Source of the DNA: Rhodobacter sp.
GTDB lineage: Bacteria > Pseudomonadota > Alphaproteobacteria > Rhodobacterales > Rhodobacteraceae
Reading direction: 5' to 3'
NCBI GenBank assembly: GCA_039808125.1
Contig: JBDHSO010000003.1
Coordinates: 4,860-68,859, forward strand
Length of the DNA stretch: 64,000 nucleotides
Under the pieces are notes generated by a model. The model saw only the letters and a program-made list of their open reading frames with translations. It was not told the origin of the DNA and did not search any database. Shown here in pieces: positions 33,478 through 42,640 of the stretch (its first letter is position 1; each line of letters opens with the position of its first letter). Position numbers and translations under genes: made by a program.

Positions 33478-35215
33478 TCCCGGCCGCTTTCACGGCGCCC
33501 GGCGCGGTGCCCTCTTCGCTCAACACGGCATCGAGCCCCAGGTCCAGCTTCTTGCGGATGCGCGCGGCGTCCTTTTCGGCGGGGCCGAACGAGAGGGCAC
33601 GACGCCACTGGAATTCCGCCTCGCGCTTGCGGCCGTTCATCCAGTAGACATCGCCCAGATGGTCGGTCACGGTCGGATCGACGGGTTCCAGAAGCGAGGC
33701 CTGTTCCATCGGGGCCAGCGCCTCTTCATAGCGGCCAAGAGTGAAATAGGCCCAGGCGAGGCTGTCGATGATATAGCCCGCGTCAGGCTCTGCCGCGACG
33801 GCCTGGTTGATCATCTCGAGCGCCTCGTCAAGGTTCTGGCGCCGTTCGATCAGGCTGTAGCCCAGGTAGTTCAGCGCCTGCGGCTGGCCCGGGTTCAGGC
33901 TCAGCGCCTTGCGGAAATCGGCATCGGCGGCATCGTACTGGCCAAGCCGTTCCTCGGTGATGCCACGGCTGAAGAACAGCGACCAGTGCTGGTTCTTCGG
34001 CTCGGCGACCAGACCGATGGCGGCGTCATAGGCGGCCAGCGCATCTGCCCAGCGCTCATCGCGCCGGAGCATGTCGCCCAGCGAAGCTCGCACGACCAGC
34101 AGGTCGGGATGGCGGCGGGCAAGGCCCTGCAAGGCCTCGATCGCGGCATCCTTGCGGCCGGCGGCGTAAAGCGCATCGGCGCGGCCGATCTCGGCCGAAT
34201 AGAAGGCCGGGTCCTCGGGCTTGATCGCGCCATAGGCCTCGACCGCCAGGTCGTATTGTTGCAGCGCCTCAAGCGAGCCGGCGGTCATCAGCAGGGCCTG
34301 GGTATGATCTGGGCGCAGCACGGCGGCCGTGCGCGCATTCATCAGCGTCAGCGCGGGGTCAGCATCGGCGGACAGCAGCGTCGCTATGGTGAAGAACACC
34401 TCGGCAATGCCGTCGCGGGCGCTCGTCACGCTGTCGAACGGTAGGGGCGCGCCGGCCTGAAGCCGCGCGCGCAGCGCATCCACCACCGGGTTCGGCTCGG
34501 TCCCGAAGGCCCGGTCCAGCAGGACAAGGGCATCGGCATTGCGCTCAAGCTGCGAAAGCACCTGGATATTCGCGATCACGCCGCGCTGGTTCAGGTCTAT
34601 CGCGCCGGCTTCCTCGCCGGAAAAGATGCGGTTCGCCCCTTCGTAATCGCCAGCCAGCGCCAGGGCGAGCGCCTTGTGGTAAAGCCCGAAACTCTCGAAT
34701 CCCCGCGTCTTGGCCACTTCATCGAAGGTTGCCAGCGCCTCGGTCATCTGGCCCTCGCCGACCCTGGCCCAGCCGAGGGCCAGCTTGTCGAACAGCGGTC
34801 CGATGGCTTGCCCCGAGGACAGCGCCTTGTCGAGCGCGCCATAATCCTCGTGCAGCGCGTCGGCGGCGATGAGGGCGAAGTCGACGAGTTGGCCGCCCGC
34901 GCCGCGCTCGCGCATTTCGCGGGCGATGCGCGCGGCTTCGTCGACATTGCCGAGGTTCAGGTTGGCAAACAACGCGCCGTCGCGGATCATCATGTTGTCG
35001 GGGTCGATGGCGGCGGCCTGTGCGAACCAGGCGGCGGCCGCGCGGAAATCGCCATGCGCCTCGGCGCTGCGGCCGGCAAGATAGGCGCCGGGATCGGCCT
35101 TGCTGGGCGGCGGCAGCATTTCGGCCGACGGTGCGGGAGCGGGTTCCTCGGCGACGACAGGCGCGGCAAGGGCAAGGCCGAACGCCACGGTCAGGCGCAG
35201 AAGGGCAGAGATCAT
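33467..35215 (-). CDS. Exported tetratricopeptide repeat protein
   Basis: Signal peptide, many TPRs, ALNYLGY and IIDSLAW. Conserved upstream of ispE. Confidence 0.88.
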   Translation of the reverse strand: MISALLRLTVAFGLALAAPVVAEEPAPAPSAEMLPPPSKADPGAYLAGRSAEAHGDFRAAAAWFAQAAAIDPDNMMIRDGALFANLNLGNVDEAARIAREMRERGAGGQLVDFALIAADALHEDYGALDKALSSGQAIGPLFDKLALGWARVGEGQMTEALATFDEVAKTRGFESFGLYHKALALALAGDYEGANRIFSGEEAGAIDLNQRGVIANIQVLSQLERNADALVLLDRAFGTEPNPVVDALRARLQAGAPLPFDSVTSARDGIAEVFFTIATLLSADADPALTLMNARTAAVLRPDHTQALLMTAGSLEALQQYDLAVEAYGAIKPEDPAFYSAEIGRADALYAAGRKDAAIEALQGLARRHPDLLVVRASLGDMLRRDERWADALAAYDAAIGLVAEPKNQHWSLFFSRGITEERLGQYDAADADFRKALSLNPGQPQALNYLGYSLIERRQNLDEALEMINQAVAAEPDAGYIIDSLAWAYFTLGRYEEALAPMEQASLLEPVDPTVTDHLGDVYWMNGRKREAEFQWRRALSFGPAEKDAARIRKKLDLGLDAVLSEEGTAPGAVKAAGNGN

Positions 35216-35352
35216 CGGCGGCAGTCTCCTCGGGTGGCCGCCGGGCGGCGGTCGCGGCCACAAGGCTAGCGATGCCGCCGGTGCTGCGCAATGACAAGGC
35301 CGCCGCAGACGATGCCGCGGCGGCCCTGACGACTGACAACTGCGTGAGCGGA

Positions 35353-36999
35353 TCACATGTTCGGATAGTTCGGTCCGCCGCCACCCATCGGCGTGGTCCA
35401 GGTGATGTTCTGGCTGGGGTCCTTGATGTCGCAGGTCTTGCAGTGGACGCAGTTCTGGAAATTGATGCGGAAGGTCGCCTCGGCGCCTTCGCCCAGCACT
35501 TCATAGACCCCAGCCGGGCAATAGCGCTGCGCCGGTTCGGCATATTCCGGCAGGTTCACCCGGATCGGGATCGACGGATCCTTCAGCTTCAGATGCGCCG
35601 GCTGGTTCTCGTCATGGTTGGTGAAGGAAAAGGCGACATTGGTCAGCCGGTCGAAGCTGATCTTGCCGTCGGGCCTCGGGTAGTCGATGGCGGCAAAGTC
35701 CTTGGCCTTGCCGGTGGCGGCGGCGTCGGTCTTGCCATGTTTCAGCGTGCCGAAGGCGGTCAGGCCGATGGTGTTCAGCCACATGTCCAGCCCGCCGCCC
35801 ATCATGCTGGCGACCAGCCCGTATTTCGACCACAGCGGCTTCACGTTGCGGACCCGCTTCAGATCCTTGCCGATCGCGCCGGTCCGGACCTCGGTCTCGT
35901 AATCCGCAAGCTCGTCGCCCATCCGGCCGGCCTTGATGGCGGCATGGGCCGCCTCTGCCGCGGCCTTGCCCGAGAGCATGGCGTTGTGGTTGCCCTTGAT
36001 GCGCGGCACGTTGACCATGCCGACCGAGCAGCCGAGCAGCGCCACGCCGGGCGCCACCATCTTCGGCATGGATTGCCAGCCGCCTTCGCTGATGGCCCGT
36101 GCGCCATAGGCCACGCGCTTGCCGCCTTCCAGCAGGCTGGCCACCATCGGATGATGCTTGAAGCGCTGGAATTCCATATAGGGGTAGAGGTAGGGGTTCT
36201 TGTAGTTCAGGTGAACCACGAAGCCGATGAAGATCTGATTGTTTTCCAGATGATAGATGAAGGATCCGCCGCCTGCATTCGATCCCAGCGGCCAGCCCAT
36301 CGTATGGGTCACGGTCCCCTCGTGGTGCTTCGCGGGGTCGATCTCCCAGATTTCCTTCATGCCAAGGCCGAATTTCTGCGGATCCTTGCCATCGGACAGC
36401 TTGTATTTCGCGATGATTTCCTTCGCGAGGCTGCCGCGCACCCCCTCGGAAATAAACACATATTTGCCGCGCAATTCCATCCCCGGCTCGTAGGCCGGGC
36501 CCGGCTTGCCCGTCGCAGGGTCAAGACCGAACTCGCCGGCCACGACGCCGGCCACGCGGTCGCCGTCATAGACGGCCTGGCTGCAGGACATGCCCGGAAA
36601 GATCTCGACGCCGAGACCCTCGGCCACGCCGGCCATCCAGCGGCAGACATTGGCCATCGAGACAATGTAGTTGCCGTGATTCGACATCAGGGGCGGCATG
36701 GGCCAGTTCGGCACCCGCATCTGGCCGGCCGGTCCGAGAATGTAGAAATTGTCGTGCTTGACCGGCACCTTGACCGGCGCATCCATATTGCGCCAGTCGG
36801 GCAGAAGCGCGTCAAGGCCCGCAGGGTCGAGCACGGCGCCCGACAGGATATGCGCGCCGACCTCCGAACCCTTTTCCAGCACGACGACCGAAAGCTCCGG
36901 GTCGAGCTGCTTCAGCCGGATCGCGGCGGCAAGACCCGACGGGCCCGCGCCCACGATCACCACATCGTATTCCATCGACTCGCGGGTAGTCTCGGTCAT
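35353..36999 (-). CDS. Electron transfer flavoprotein-ubiquinone oxidoreductase
   Basis: VGAGPSGL, EKGSEVGAHILSG, YCPAGVYE and NCVHCKTCDIKDP. Confidence 0.95.
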   Translation of the reverse strand: MTETTRESMEYDVVIVGAGPSGLAAAIRLKQLDPELSVVVLEKGSEVGAHILSGAVLDPAGLDALLPDWRNMDAPVKVPVKHDNFYILGPAGQMRVPNWPMPPLMSNHGNYIVSMANVCRWMAGVAEGLGVEIFPGMSCSQAVYDGDRVAGVVAGEFGLDPATGKPGPAYEPGMELRGKYVFISEGVRGSLAKEIIAKYKLSDGKDPQKFGLGMKEIWEIDPAKHHEGTVTHTMGWPLGSNAGGGSFIYHLENNQIFIGFVVHLNYKNPYLYPYMEFQRFKHHPMVASLLEGGKRVAYGARAISEGGWQSMPKMVAPGVALLGCSVGMVNVPRIKGNHNAMLSGKAAAEAAHAAIKAGRMGDELADYETEVRTGAIGKDLKRVRNVKPLWSKYGLVASMMGGGLDMWLNTIGLTAFGTLKHGKTDAAATGKAKDFAAIDYPRPDGKISFDRLTNVAFSFTNHDENQPAHLKLKDPSIPIRVNLPEYAEPAQRYCPAGVYEVLGEGAEATFRINFQNCVHCKTCDIKDPSQNITWTTPMGGGGPNYPNM

Positions 37000-37227
37000 C
37001 GGACGATCCTTTCGATCCTTGTGCGCGCGACAGCGGCGGCTTGCATGGCTGGCACGGCAACGTGATTGCCCGAGGTGCCGGGCAAGGTCAACCTTTACGC
37101 AACATCACGTCCGCAGCTTGCCACCGCGCGGCAACATTCTTGCCCGCAAGCGGGGACCCGCCGTTTCCGCGCCGCGTGCCTCTTGCATTTTCCCCCATGT
37201 GCGGCAAGGGTGCCATGAACGCAGTGT

Positions 37228-37270
37228 GAAGTCATGGACCGGCCCGGCCGGTCCGTGACTTCTTAATTTT
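37228..37270 (+). terminator. Terminator-like hairpin in the greA leader
   Basis: 15-bp stem GAAGTCATGGACCGG/CCGGTCCGTGACTTC (one G-U pair) followed by TTAATTTT, 18 nt before the greA ATG. Confidence 0.55.
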
Positions 37271-37288
37271 GGACTGAACGGTACGGCC

Positions 37289-37759
37289 ATGGACAAGATT
37301 CCGATGACTCGGCGCGGCTTCGACGCTCTCGATTCCGAGTTGAAGCAACTGAAGACGGTCGATCGTCCGGCGATCATCAAGGATATCGCCGAAGCCCGCG
37401 CCCATGGCGATCTTTCGGAAAATGCCGAATACCATGCCGCCCGCGAGAAGCAGGCCTTCGTCGAAGGCCGGATCAAGGAGCTGGAGGGCGTCCTGTCGCG
37501 CGCCGACGTGATCGACACCTCGCGCCTGTCGGGGTCGATCAAGTTCGGCGCCACGGTGGAGATCGCCGATCAGGACAGCGGCGAGGAAAAGACCTACCAG
37601 ATCGTCGGCGAGGTCGAGGCGAATATCGAGGCCGGGCTGCTGAACATCCGCTCGCCGCTGGCCCGCGCGCTGATCGGCAAGGAAGAGGGCGACGGCGTCG
37701 ATGTCGCCACCCCCGGCGGACAGCGCAGTTACGAAGTCCTGTCGGTCCGCTACGTCTGA
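37289..37759 (+). CDS. greA: Transcription elongation factor GreA
   Basis: HGDLSENAEYHAA, IKFGATV and SPLARALIGK. Confidence 0.97.
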   Translation: MDKIPMTRRGFDALDSELKQLKTVDRPAIIKDIAEARAHGDLSENAEYHAAREKQAFVEGRIKELEGVLSRADVIDTSRLSGSIKFGATVEIADQDSGEEKTYQIVGEVEANIEAGLLNIRSPLARALIGKEEGDGVDVATPGGQRSYEVLSVRYV

Positions 37760-37770
37760 AGGTAGGCGCC

Positions 37771-38772
37771 ATGCCCGCGCCAGAGGATCATGCTGCAATC
37801 GGGTCGCAAGACCATCCTGCCCCGGCCCGCGGCGGCCGGGCCGTCGAGGCGATTGCCGGACTTCTCAGCATCGTCTGGGTCATCGCCGTCCTGGCCTATC
37901 TACTGGTCTCGCCACCCGGCGACGACGTACAGACGCTGGGGTTGGTGATGACGCTTCTGGTCGTCTTCCTGCCCCTTGCGCTGATCTGGGTTGCCGTCAT
38001 CACGCTGCGCTCGATCCGCGACCTGCGGACCGAGGCGGCACGGTTGCAGGCGGCGGTCGATGCGATGCGGGCGCAATATATGCAGACCTCGGCCCAGGTC
38101 CAGGCGGCAACGCTGCGGCCGCAGGTCGACAAGGTGGAGCGGAAGCTCGACGAGATCGCGGCCACCTTCGTCTCGCGCCGGGATGCCAGCCTGTCCATTC
38201 CCTCCGCCGATCGCAAGGCCGCGCTTGCGCCACCGAAGGCCGAGCCGGAGGCGGAACAGCCCGTCCTGGCGCTCGGCACCCCGGCCGAGGCGCTGCACCC
38301 GCCGGTTTCCGTCGCCGATTTCATCCGCGCGTTGCAGTTTCCCGAAACGCCGGACGACAAGGAGGGCTTTCGCGCCCTCCGGCTGGCGCTGGAAGATCGC
38401 GAGACGGCACGGCTGATCCGCGCGGCGCAGGATGTGTTGACGCTCCTCAGCCAGGAAGGCATCTACATGGATGACCTGAAGCCGGAATTGTCGCGCCCCG
38501 ACCTGTGGCGGCGCTTTGCCGCGGGCGAGCGGGGGCGCGGCGTGGCGGGCATGGGCGGGATCCGCGACCGTTCGTCGCTGGCGCTGACCGCGGCGCGGAT
38601 GCGCGAGGACACGATCTTCCGCGATGCCGCGCATCATTTTCTGCGCACCTTCGACAAGGTTTTCCAGGCGTTCGAGAAGAACGCGACCGATGTCGAACTG
38701 GCCGAACTGGCCGATACCCGCACCGCACGGGCCTTCATGCTGTTCGGTCGCGTCGCGGGCGTCTTCGACTGA
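37771..38772 (+). CDS. Conserved membrane-anchored hypothetical protein
   Basis: Two N-terminal TM segments, a coiled coil and a soluble C-terminal domain. Lies 11 nt after greA. Confidence 0.75.
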   Translation: MPAPEDHAAIGSQDHPAPARGGRAVEAIAGLLSIVWVIAVLAYLLVSPPGDDVQTLGLVMTLLVVFLPLALIWVAVITLRSIRDLRTEAARLQAAVDAMRAQYMQTSAQVQAATLRPQVDKVERKLDEIAATFVSRRDASLSIPSADRKAALAPPKAEPEAEQPVLALGTPAEALHPPVSVADFIRALQFPETPDDKEGFRALRLALEDRETARLIRAAQDVLTLLSQEGIYMDDLKPELSRPDLWRRFAAGERGRGVAGMGGIRDRSSLALTAARMREDTIFRDAAHHFLRTFDKVFQAFEKNATDVELAELADTRTARAFMLFGRVAGVFD

Positions 38773-38799
38773 ACGAAAGACCGCTTGTCCGGTGGCCGG

Positions 38800-39402
38800 C
38801 TAAAGCGGGCGCACCATGGTGGTGGCCGAGGTGAAGCCGAAGACGAAGCGCAGAAGGCCGATCCGTTCGGTCCGGGCCGGCAGGAAGCCCGCGCGTTCAT
38901 AGAGCGCCCGCGCGCGCCAGTTCGTGTCGATCACCTCCAGCCGGATTGCGCCATAGCCGCGCGCGCGCCCCTCGTCGCATAGCAGGCGAAGAAGCGCCGA
39001 GCCGATGCCCTGCCCGCGCGCCGGCCGGGTGACGGCGATGCCGTCGACCAGAAACCGGCCGTTGTCGATTTCATGCGCCAGAAGCCAGAGCACCGCCTGC
39101 CGCCAGCCCGCACCCCAGCGCCCGTAGACCCGGCGCAGATCGCCGGGGCCGCCGCCGGCGAAGCTGCCCGCCGGCGTCTTGAACCCGGCGATTCCGACCA
39201 GCCGTCCGTCCGTGTCCAGCGCGGCAAAGCAATGGTCGGGGCACAGGACCTCGCACAGGAAGGCGACGGCCCGCGCCTCAGGCCCAAGGACGGCGCCGAG
39301 CTTGCCGCCGAACGCCTCCCAATAGATGCGGGCGGCGGTCTCGCGCTGGTTTTCGGGAAAGCCGCGGCGCAGGGTGAAACCGGGGTCAGTCAAGGCCGAC
39401 AT
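38800..39402 (-). CDS. GNAT acetyltransferase co-located with mobAB
   Basis: DGIAV..PARGQGIGSALL, LEVIDTN and LYERAGF. Confidence 0.8.
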   Translation of the reverse strand: MSALTDPGFTLRRGFPENQRETAARIYWEAFGGKLGAVLGPEARAVAFLCEVLCPDHCFAALDTDGRLVGIAGFKTPAGSFAGGGPGDLRRVYGRWGAGWRQAVLWLLAHEIDNGRFLVDGIAVTRPARGQGIGSALLRLLCDEGRARGYGAIRLEVIDTNWRARALYERAGFLPARTERIGLLRFVFGFTSATTMVRPL

Positions 39403-39883
39403 CCCGCACGATGAAGGCGGCGATGGCACCGGGATCGTTCAGATCCAGCACCGGCACCCCGATCCCGGGCGGGGCGGCGCCATCGGTGGCGAAGGCGCGC
39501 ACCGTCGGGTCGCCGGGCTGAAGCGGCGGCTGGCCGGTGGCCGCGCGCCAGAGTTCCACCTTGGGATGGGTGTCGCGCTTGTACCCCTCGACCAGCACCA
39601 GATCGACCGGCGCCAGCCGCTCCAGCACCTCGGCCAGCGGCGGCTCGGCCCCGCGATGCTCGCGCATCAGCGCCAGCCGCTGGCGCGAGGCCAGGATCAC
39701 TTCCGCCGCGCCCGCGTTGCGATGCCGCCAGCTGTCCTTGCCGGGGCTGTCGAGATCGACCTCGTGGTGAACATGCTTGATGGTGGAGACGCGCAGTCCG
39801 CGGGCGGCGAACAGGGGAATCAGCCGCTCGATCAGCGTGGTCTTGCCCGATCCCGACCACCCCATGATGCCATAGACCCTCAT
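39386..39883 (-). CDS. mobB: Molybdopterin-guanine dinucleotide biosynthesis protein B
   Basis: GWSGSGKTTL, IKHVHH, GKDSWRH and VEGYK. Confidence 0.95.
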   Translation of the reverse strand: MRVYGIMGWSGSGKTTLIERLIPLFAARGLRVSTIKHVHHEVDLDSPGKDSWRHRNAGAAEVILASRQRLALMREHRGAEPPLAEVLERLAPVDLVLVEGYKRDTHPKVELWRAATGQPPLQPGDPTVRAFATDGAAPPGIGVPVLDLNDPGAIAAFIVRDVGLD

Positions 39884-40461
39884 CGGGCGCGGCCCGCCGC
39901 CACGGCGGCCAGATCCCCGGCGGTGTTGAGGTTGACGAAGGCCGCCGCATCGGGAAAGTCGACCGCGACACTTCCATGCGCGGCGGCAAAATCGGCGATC
40001 CGCGGCTTGGCGCCCGAGGCGAGGAAAGCGGCCAGCGCGGGTGCAAGCCTTGCCGGCCAGAGCGCGGTGGCAGCATGTGTCCGTCCGCCGGCCGTGACAT
40101 GCGCCGGGCGGGTGCCGCCCGAAGCTGCGGCCAGCCGCGCCGCCAGATCGGCCGGAGGGAAGGGCGCATCGACCGGACAGGACAGAATCGCATCGGCCCC
40201 GTTTGCGCCGCCCCAGGCCAGACCCGACAGGATGCCGGCCAGCGGGCCAAGCGGCCGGTCATCCGGCAGGACGGGCAGGCCGAAGGCCGCGAACCGGGCC
40301 GGATCGCCATTGGCCGAAAGCGCCATCCGCCTGACCTGCGGGCGCAGGCGGCCCTCGACATGCGCCAGAAGCGGGCGCCCGCCCAGCATCAGCAGCGCCT
40401 TGTCGGCCCCGCCCATCCGGCGGCCCTCGCCCCCGGCAAGGATGACGGCATCGATCTGCAA
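39880..40461 (-). CDS. mobA: Molybdenum cofactor guanylyltransferase (TTG start)
   Basis: ILAGGEGRRMGG.DK, GPLAGI, PVDAPF and NLNT. Confidence 0.93.
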   Translation of the reverse strand: MQIDAVILAGGEGRRMGGADKALLMLGGRPLLAHVEGRLRPQVRRMALSANGDPARFAAFGLPVLPDDRPLGPLAGILSGLAWGGANGADAILSCPVDAPFPPADLAARLAAASGGTRPAHVTAGGRTHAATALWPARLAPALAAFLASGAKPRIADFAAAHGSVAVDFPDAAAFVNLNTAGDLAAVAAGRAR

Positions 40462-40500
40462 CGGGCAATCCCCTCGGACCGCCGCCGGGCCGGCGGGCGG

Positions 40501-41130
40501 TCAGTTGATCCGGTTGCCCTTCTTGTCGACCATAACGACGCCGTGGCCAAGGCCCGGATTGTCGTTTTCCTCGGTGATGATCTGGGTTTGAACGCCCGGC
40601 AGCGCGCCGAAGGCATCGCCCAGCTTGATCGGAAACATGGTCGACGGCATCGATTCGAATCCCGGAACGCCGCGCAGGATCTCAGCGATCGAATTGGCGC
40701 AGAAAGCCTTTGGCACCGCGCCGTAATTCAGCGCCCGCTGCATCGCGATCTGGGCCACCTCTGGCGAGACGATCACCGTCCGCTCGATGACGTGGAATTT
40801 CTCGGTCTCCGAATCGCGGGCGTGATAATCGCGATAAAAGGCCAGCACCCGGTCGGAAATGCCGAAATGCACATCGTTCCGGATCGGGACGCCCGGCATT
40901 TCGAAGGTGCCGGCCGGATCGAAGAGAATACGCTCCGACCCGTTGATCATCAGCCCGGAATGCGCGCCGGAACCGTTGCGGTCGTTGATCACGGTGAACA
41001 GCGTGATCGCGGGCGGCGGCCCGGCGACATAGCGGGCGGCGGCGACCTTGTCGTCCGGCGCCCAGGTGCGATCTGCGCCGCAGGCGACCAGCGTCAGGAC
41101 GCACGCCAGGACAAGGAGGGCGCGAAGCAT
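40501..41130 (-). CDS. Conserved lipoprotein of unknown function
   Basis: Lipobox LVAC and a soluble domain with AHSGL...FDPAG...FCANS. Confidence 0.75.
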   Translation of the reverse strand: MLRALLVLACVLTLVACGADRTWAPDDKVAAARYVAGPPPAITLFTVINDRNGSGAHSGLMINGSERILFDPAGTFEMPGVPIRNDVHFGISDRVLAFYRDYHARDSETEKFHVIERTVIVSPEVAQIAMQRALNYGAVPKAFCANSIAEILRGVPGFESMPSTMFPIKLGDAFGALPGVQTQIITEENDNPGLGHGVVMVDKKGNRIN

Positions 41131-41152
41131 CGTGTGTCTCGGCAGGTCGGGA

Positions 41153-41296
41153 TCAGGAATCGGCAAGCGCCAGGAAGATCAGCACGGCAAAGATCACCAC
41201 AAGGGTCCAGCCGACAAAGCGGACGAAATTCTCGAATGTCCGCTCATGCTCGCGGACATCCATCGAGCCGTGGCTGTGCTGGGGGTGGTCGGCCAT
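41153..41296 (-). CDS. ctaH: aa3-type cytochrome c oxidase subunit IV, 47 aa (not in the ORF track)
   Basis: MADHPQHSHGSMDVREHERTFENFVRFVGWTLVVIFAVLIFLALADS has the GSMD...E.TF..FVR single-TM pattern of Rhodobacter/Paracoccus subunit IV. Confidence 0.85.
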   Translation of the reverse strand: MADHPQHSHGSMDVREHERTFENFVRFVGWTLVVIFAVLIFLALADS

Positions 41297-41365
41297 CGTC
41301 GCAAATTCCCTCGTTTCCTGCGTGTCGCCCGATTGTTATCCGATTCATCGCCTGCTGTCACGCGG

Positions 41366-42406
41366 TCACATGACCGGCCGGCGGTCGCGGGCCTGCCAGA
41401 TCCAGGCGCCCTCGGGCGACAGGTGGCGGTCGATGCGGCCCGCGTGCAGCAGATGGTTCAGATGCGCCATCGCCTCGACCAGCGCCATCCCCTCGGTGCT
41501 GTGGTCGATCTCGCGGCGAAACAGCACCGGAAAGCAGTCGATCGCGGTCCGCGGGCTGGACAGATGCAGGACCAGCCGGTCAAGGATGGTGCGGTGGTTC
41601 TCCGCCATCTGCTGCAGACGGAACGGCAGGCCGGTAAAGGGCAGCTTGTGCCCGGGCAGGACAAGCTGGTCGTCTCGGGCGAATTCCGCAAGGCGCGCGC
41701 AACTGTCCAGCCATTCGGCCAGCGGATCGGCCTCCGGCTCGGTTGGATAGACGCCGATATTGGCGGAGATGCCGGGCAGAAGCTGGTCGCCCCCGATCAC
41801 CAGCCCCTCGCTCCAGAAGGTGGCATGGGCCGGCGCATGACCGTTTCCCAGATGGATTGTCCAGTCGCGGCCGGCCATGCGCAGGACCTGACCCTCGTTC
41901 AGCCTGGTAAAGCCCGCCGGCATCGGCGCCACGGAATCGGCAAAGTTGAACGGGCGCTCCGCCGCCCGCTGCGCCAGCCGGTCGGACGGAAGCCCGGCGC
42001 GGCGCCAGAAGGTCATCGTCTCGGGCGTCGCCCGCTCCTGCACGTCGAGAACCAGCATCCGCGCATAAAGCCAGGCCACCTGGGTCATCAGCAGTTCGGC
42101 GCCCCGGCCCTGGAACCAGCCGGCAAGACCGATATGATCGGGGTGGTGATGGGTGCCGATTACCCGCGCCGCCCGCCGTCCGCCCAGCGGCCCGGCCAGT
42201 ATCCGCTCCCACAGCGCCAGGCTCCGGCGGCCGCGAAAGCCGGTGTCGATCACCGTCCAGCCGTCGGCGTCGTCCAGCGCATAGACGTTCACATGGTCGA
42301 GAACCATCGGCAGCGGCAGCCGCATCCACAGGACGCCGGGCGCGATTTCGGTCGCCTCGCCCTCGGTCGGCGGTTCGGGGAAAGGGTGGTGGATCTGGTC
42401 GGCCAT
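41366..42406 (-). CDS. Metallo-beta-lactamase fold hydrolase
   Basis: THHHPDHIG, GHAPAH, GDQLLP and LPGH. It is the real C-terminal part of the 1337-aa antisense track ORF. Confidence 0.88.
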   Translation of the reverse strand: MADQIHHPFPEPPTEGEATEIAPGVLWMRLPLPMVLDHVNVYALDDADGWTVIDTGFRGRRSLALWERILAGPLGGRRAARVIGTHHHPDHIGLAGWFQGRGAELLMTQVAWLYARMLVLDVQERATPETMTFWRRAGLPSDRLAQRAAERPFNFADSVAPMPAGFTRLNEGQVLRMAGRDWTIHLGNGHAPAHATFWSEGLVIGGDQLLPGISANIGVYPTEPEADPLAEWLDSCARLAEFARDDQLVLPGHKLPFTGLPFRLQQMAENHRTILDRLVLHLSSPRTAIDCFPVLFRREIDHSTEGMALVEAMAHLNHLLHAGRIDRHLSPEGAWIWQARDRRPVM

Positions 42407-42508
42407 GGCACGCAGGCTTGCGACAGCCGGCCGGCAGACGCAAGGGCTGACGTGGCGCCCGCGGGTGAACCGAAACATGCCGCAACACGCCGCCCGCTCG
42501 CATGGCCG

Positions 42509-42575
42509 CTTCCTCTTGATCCAAATACCCCCCGCGGAGCGTCCGCCGGCGCGGGCCCGCGCATTGCCGCCGGCC
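42509..42575 (-). repeat. REP-like repeat, divergent copy C
   Basis: Minus strand GGGTATTTGGATCAAGAGGAAG (15/22 identical to copy A), preceded by the palindrome GCGCGGGCCCGCGC. Confidence 0.4.
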
Positions 42576-42640
42576 ATGCGGCGCTTTACCTCTTGCGCCC
42601 ATGGCGCTAAGTGCCTTGGGGCTGGATCAAGAGGCTTCCC

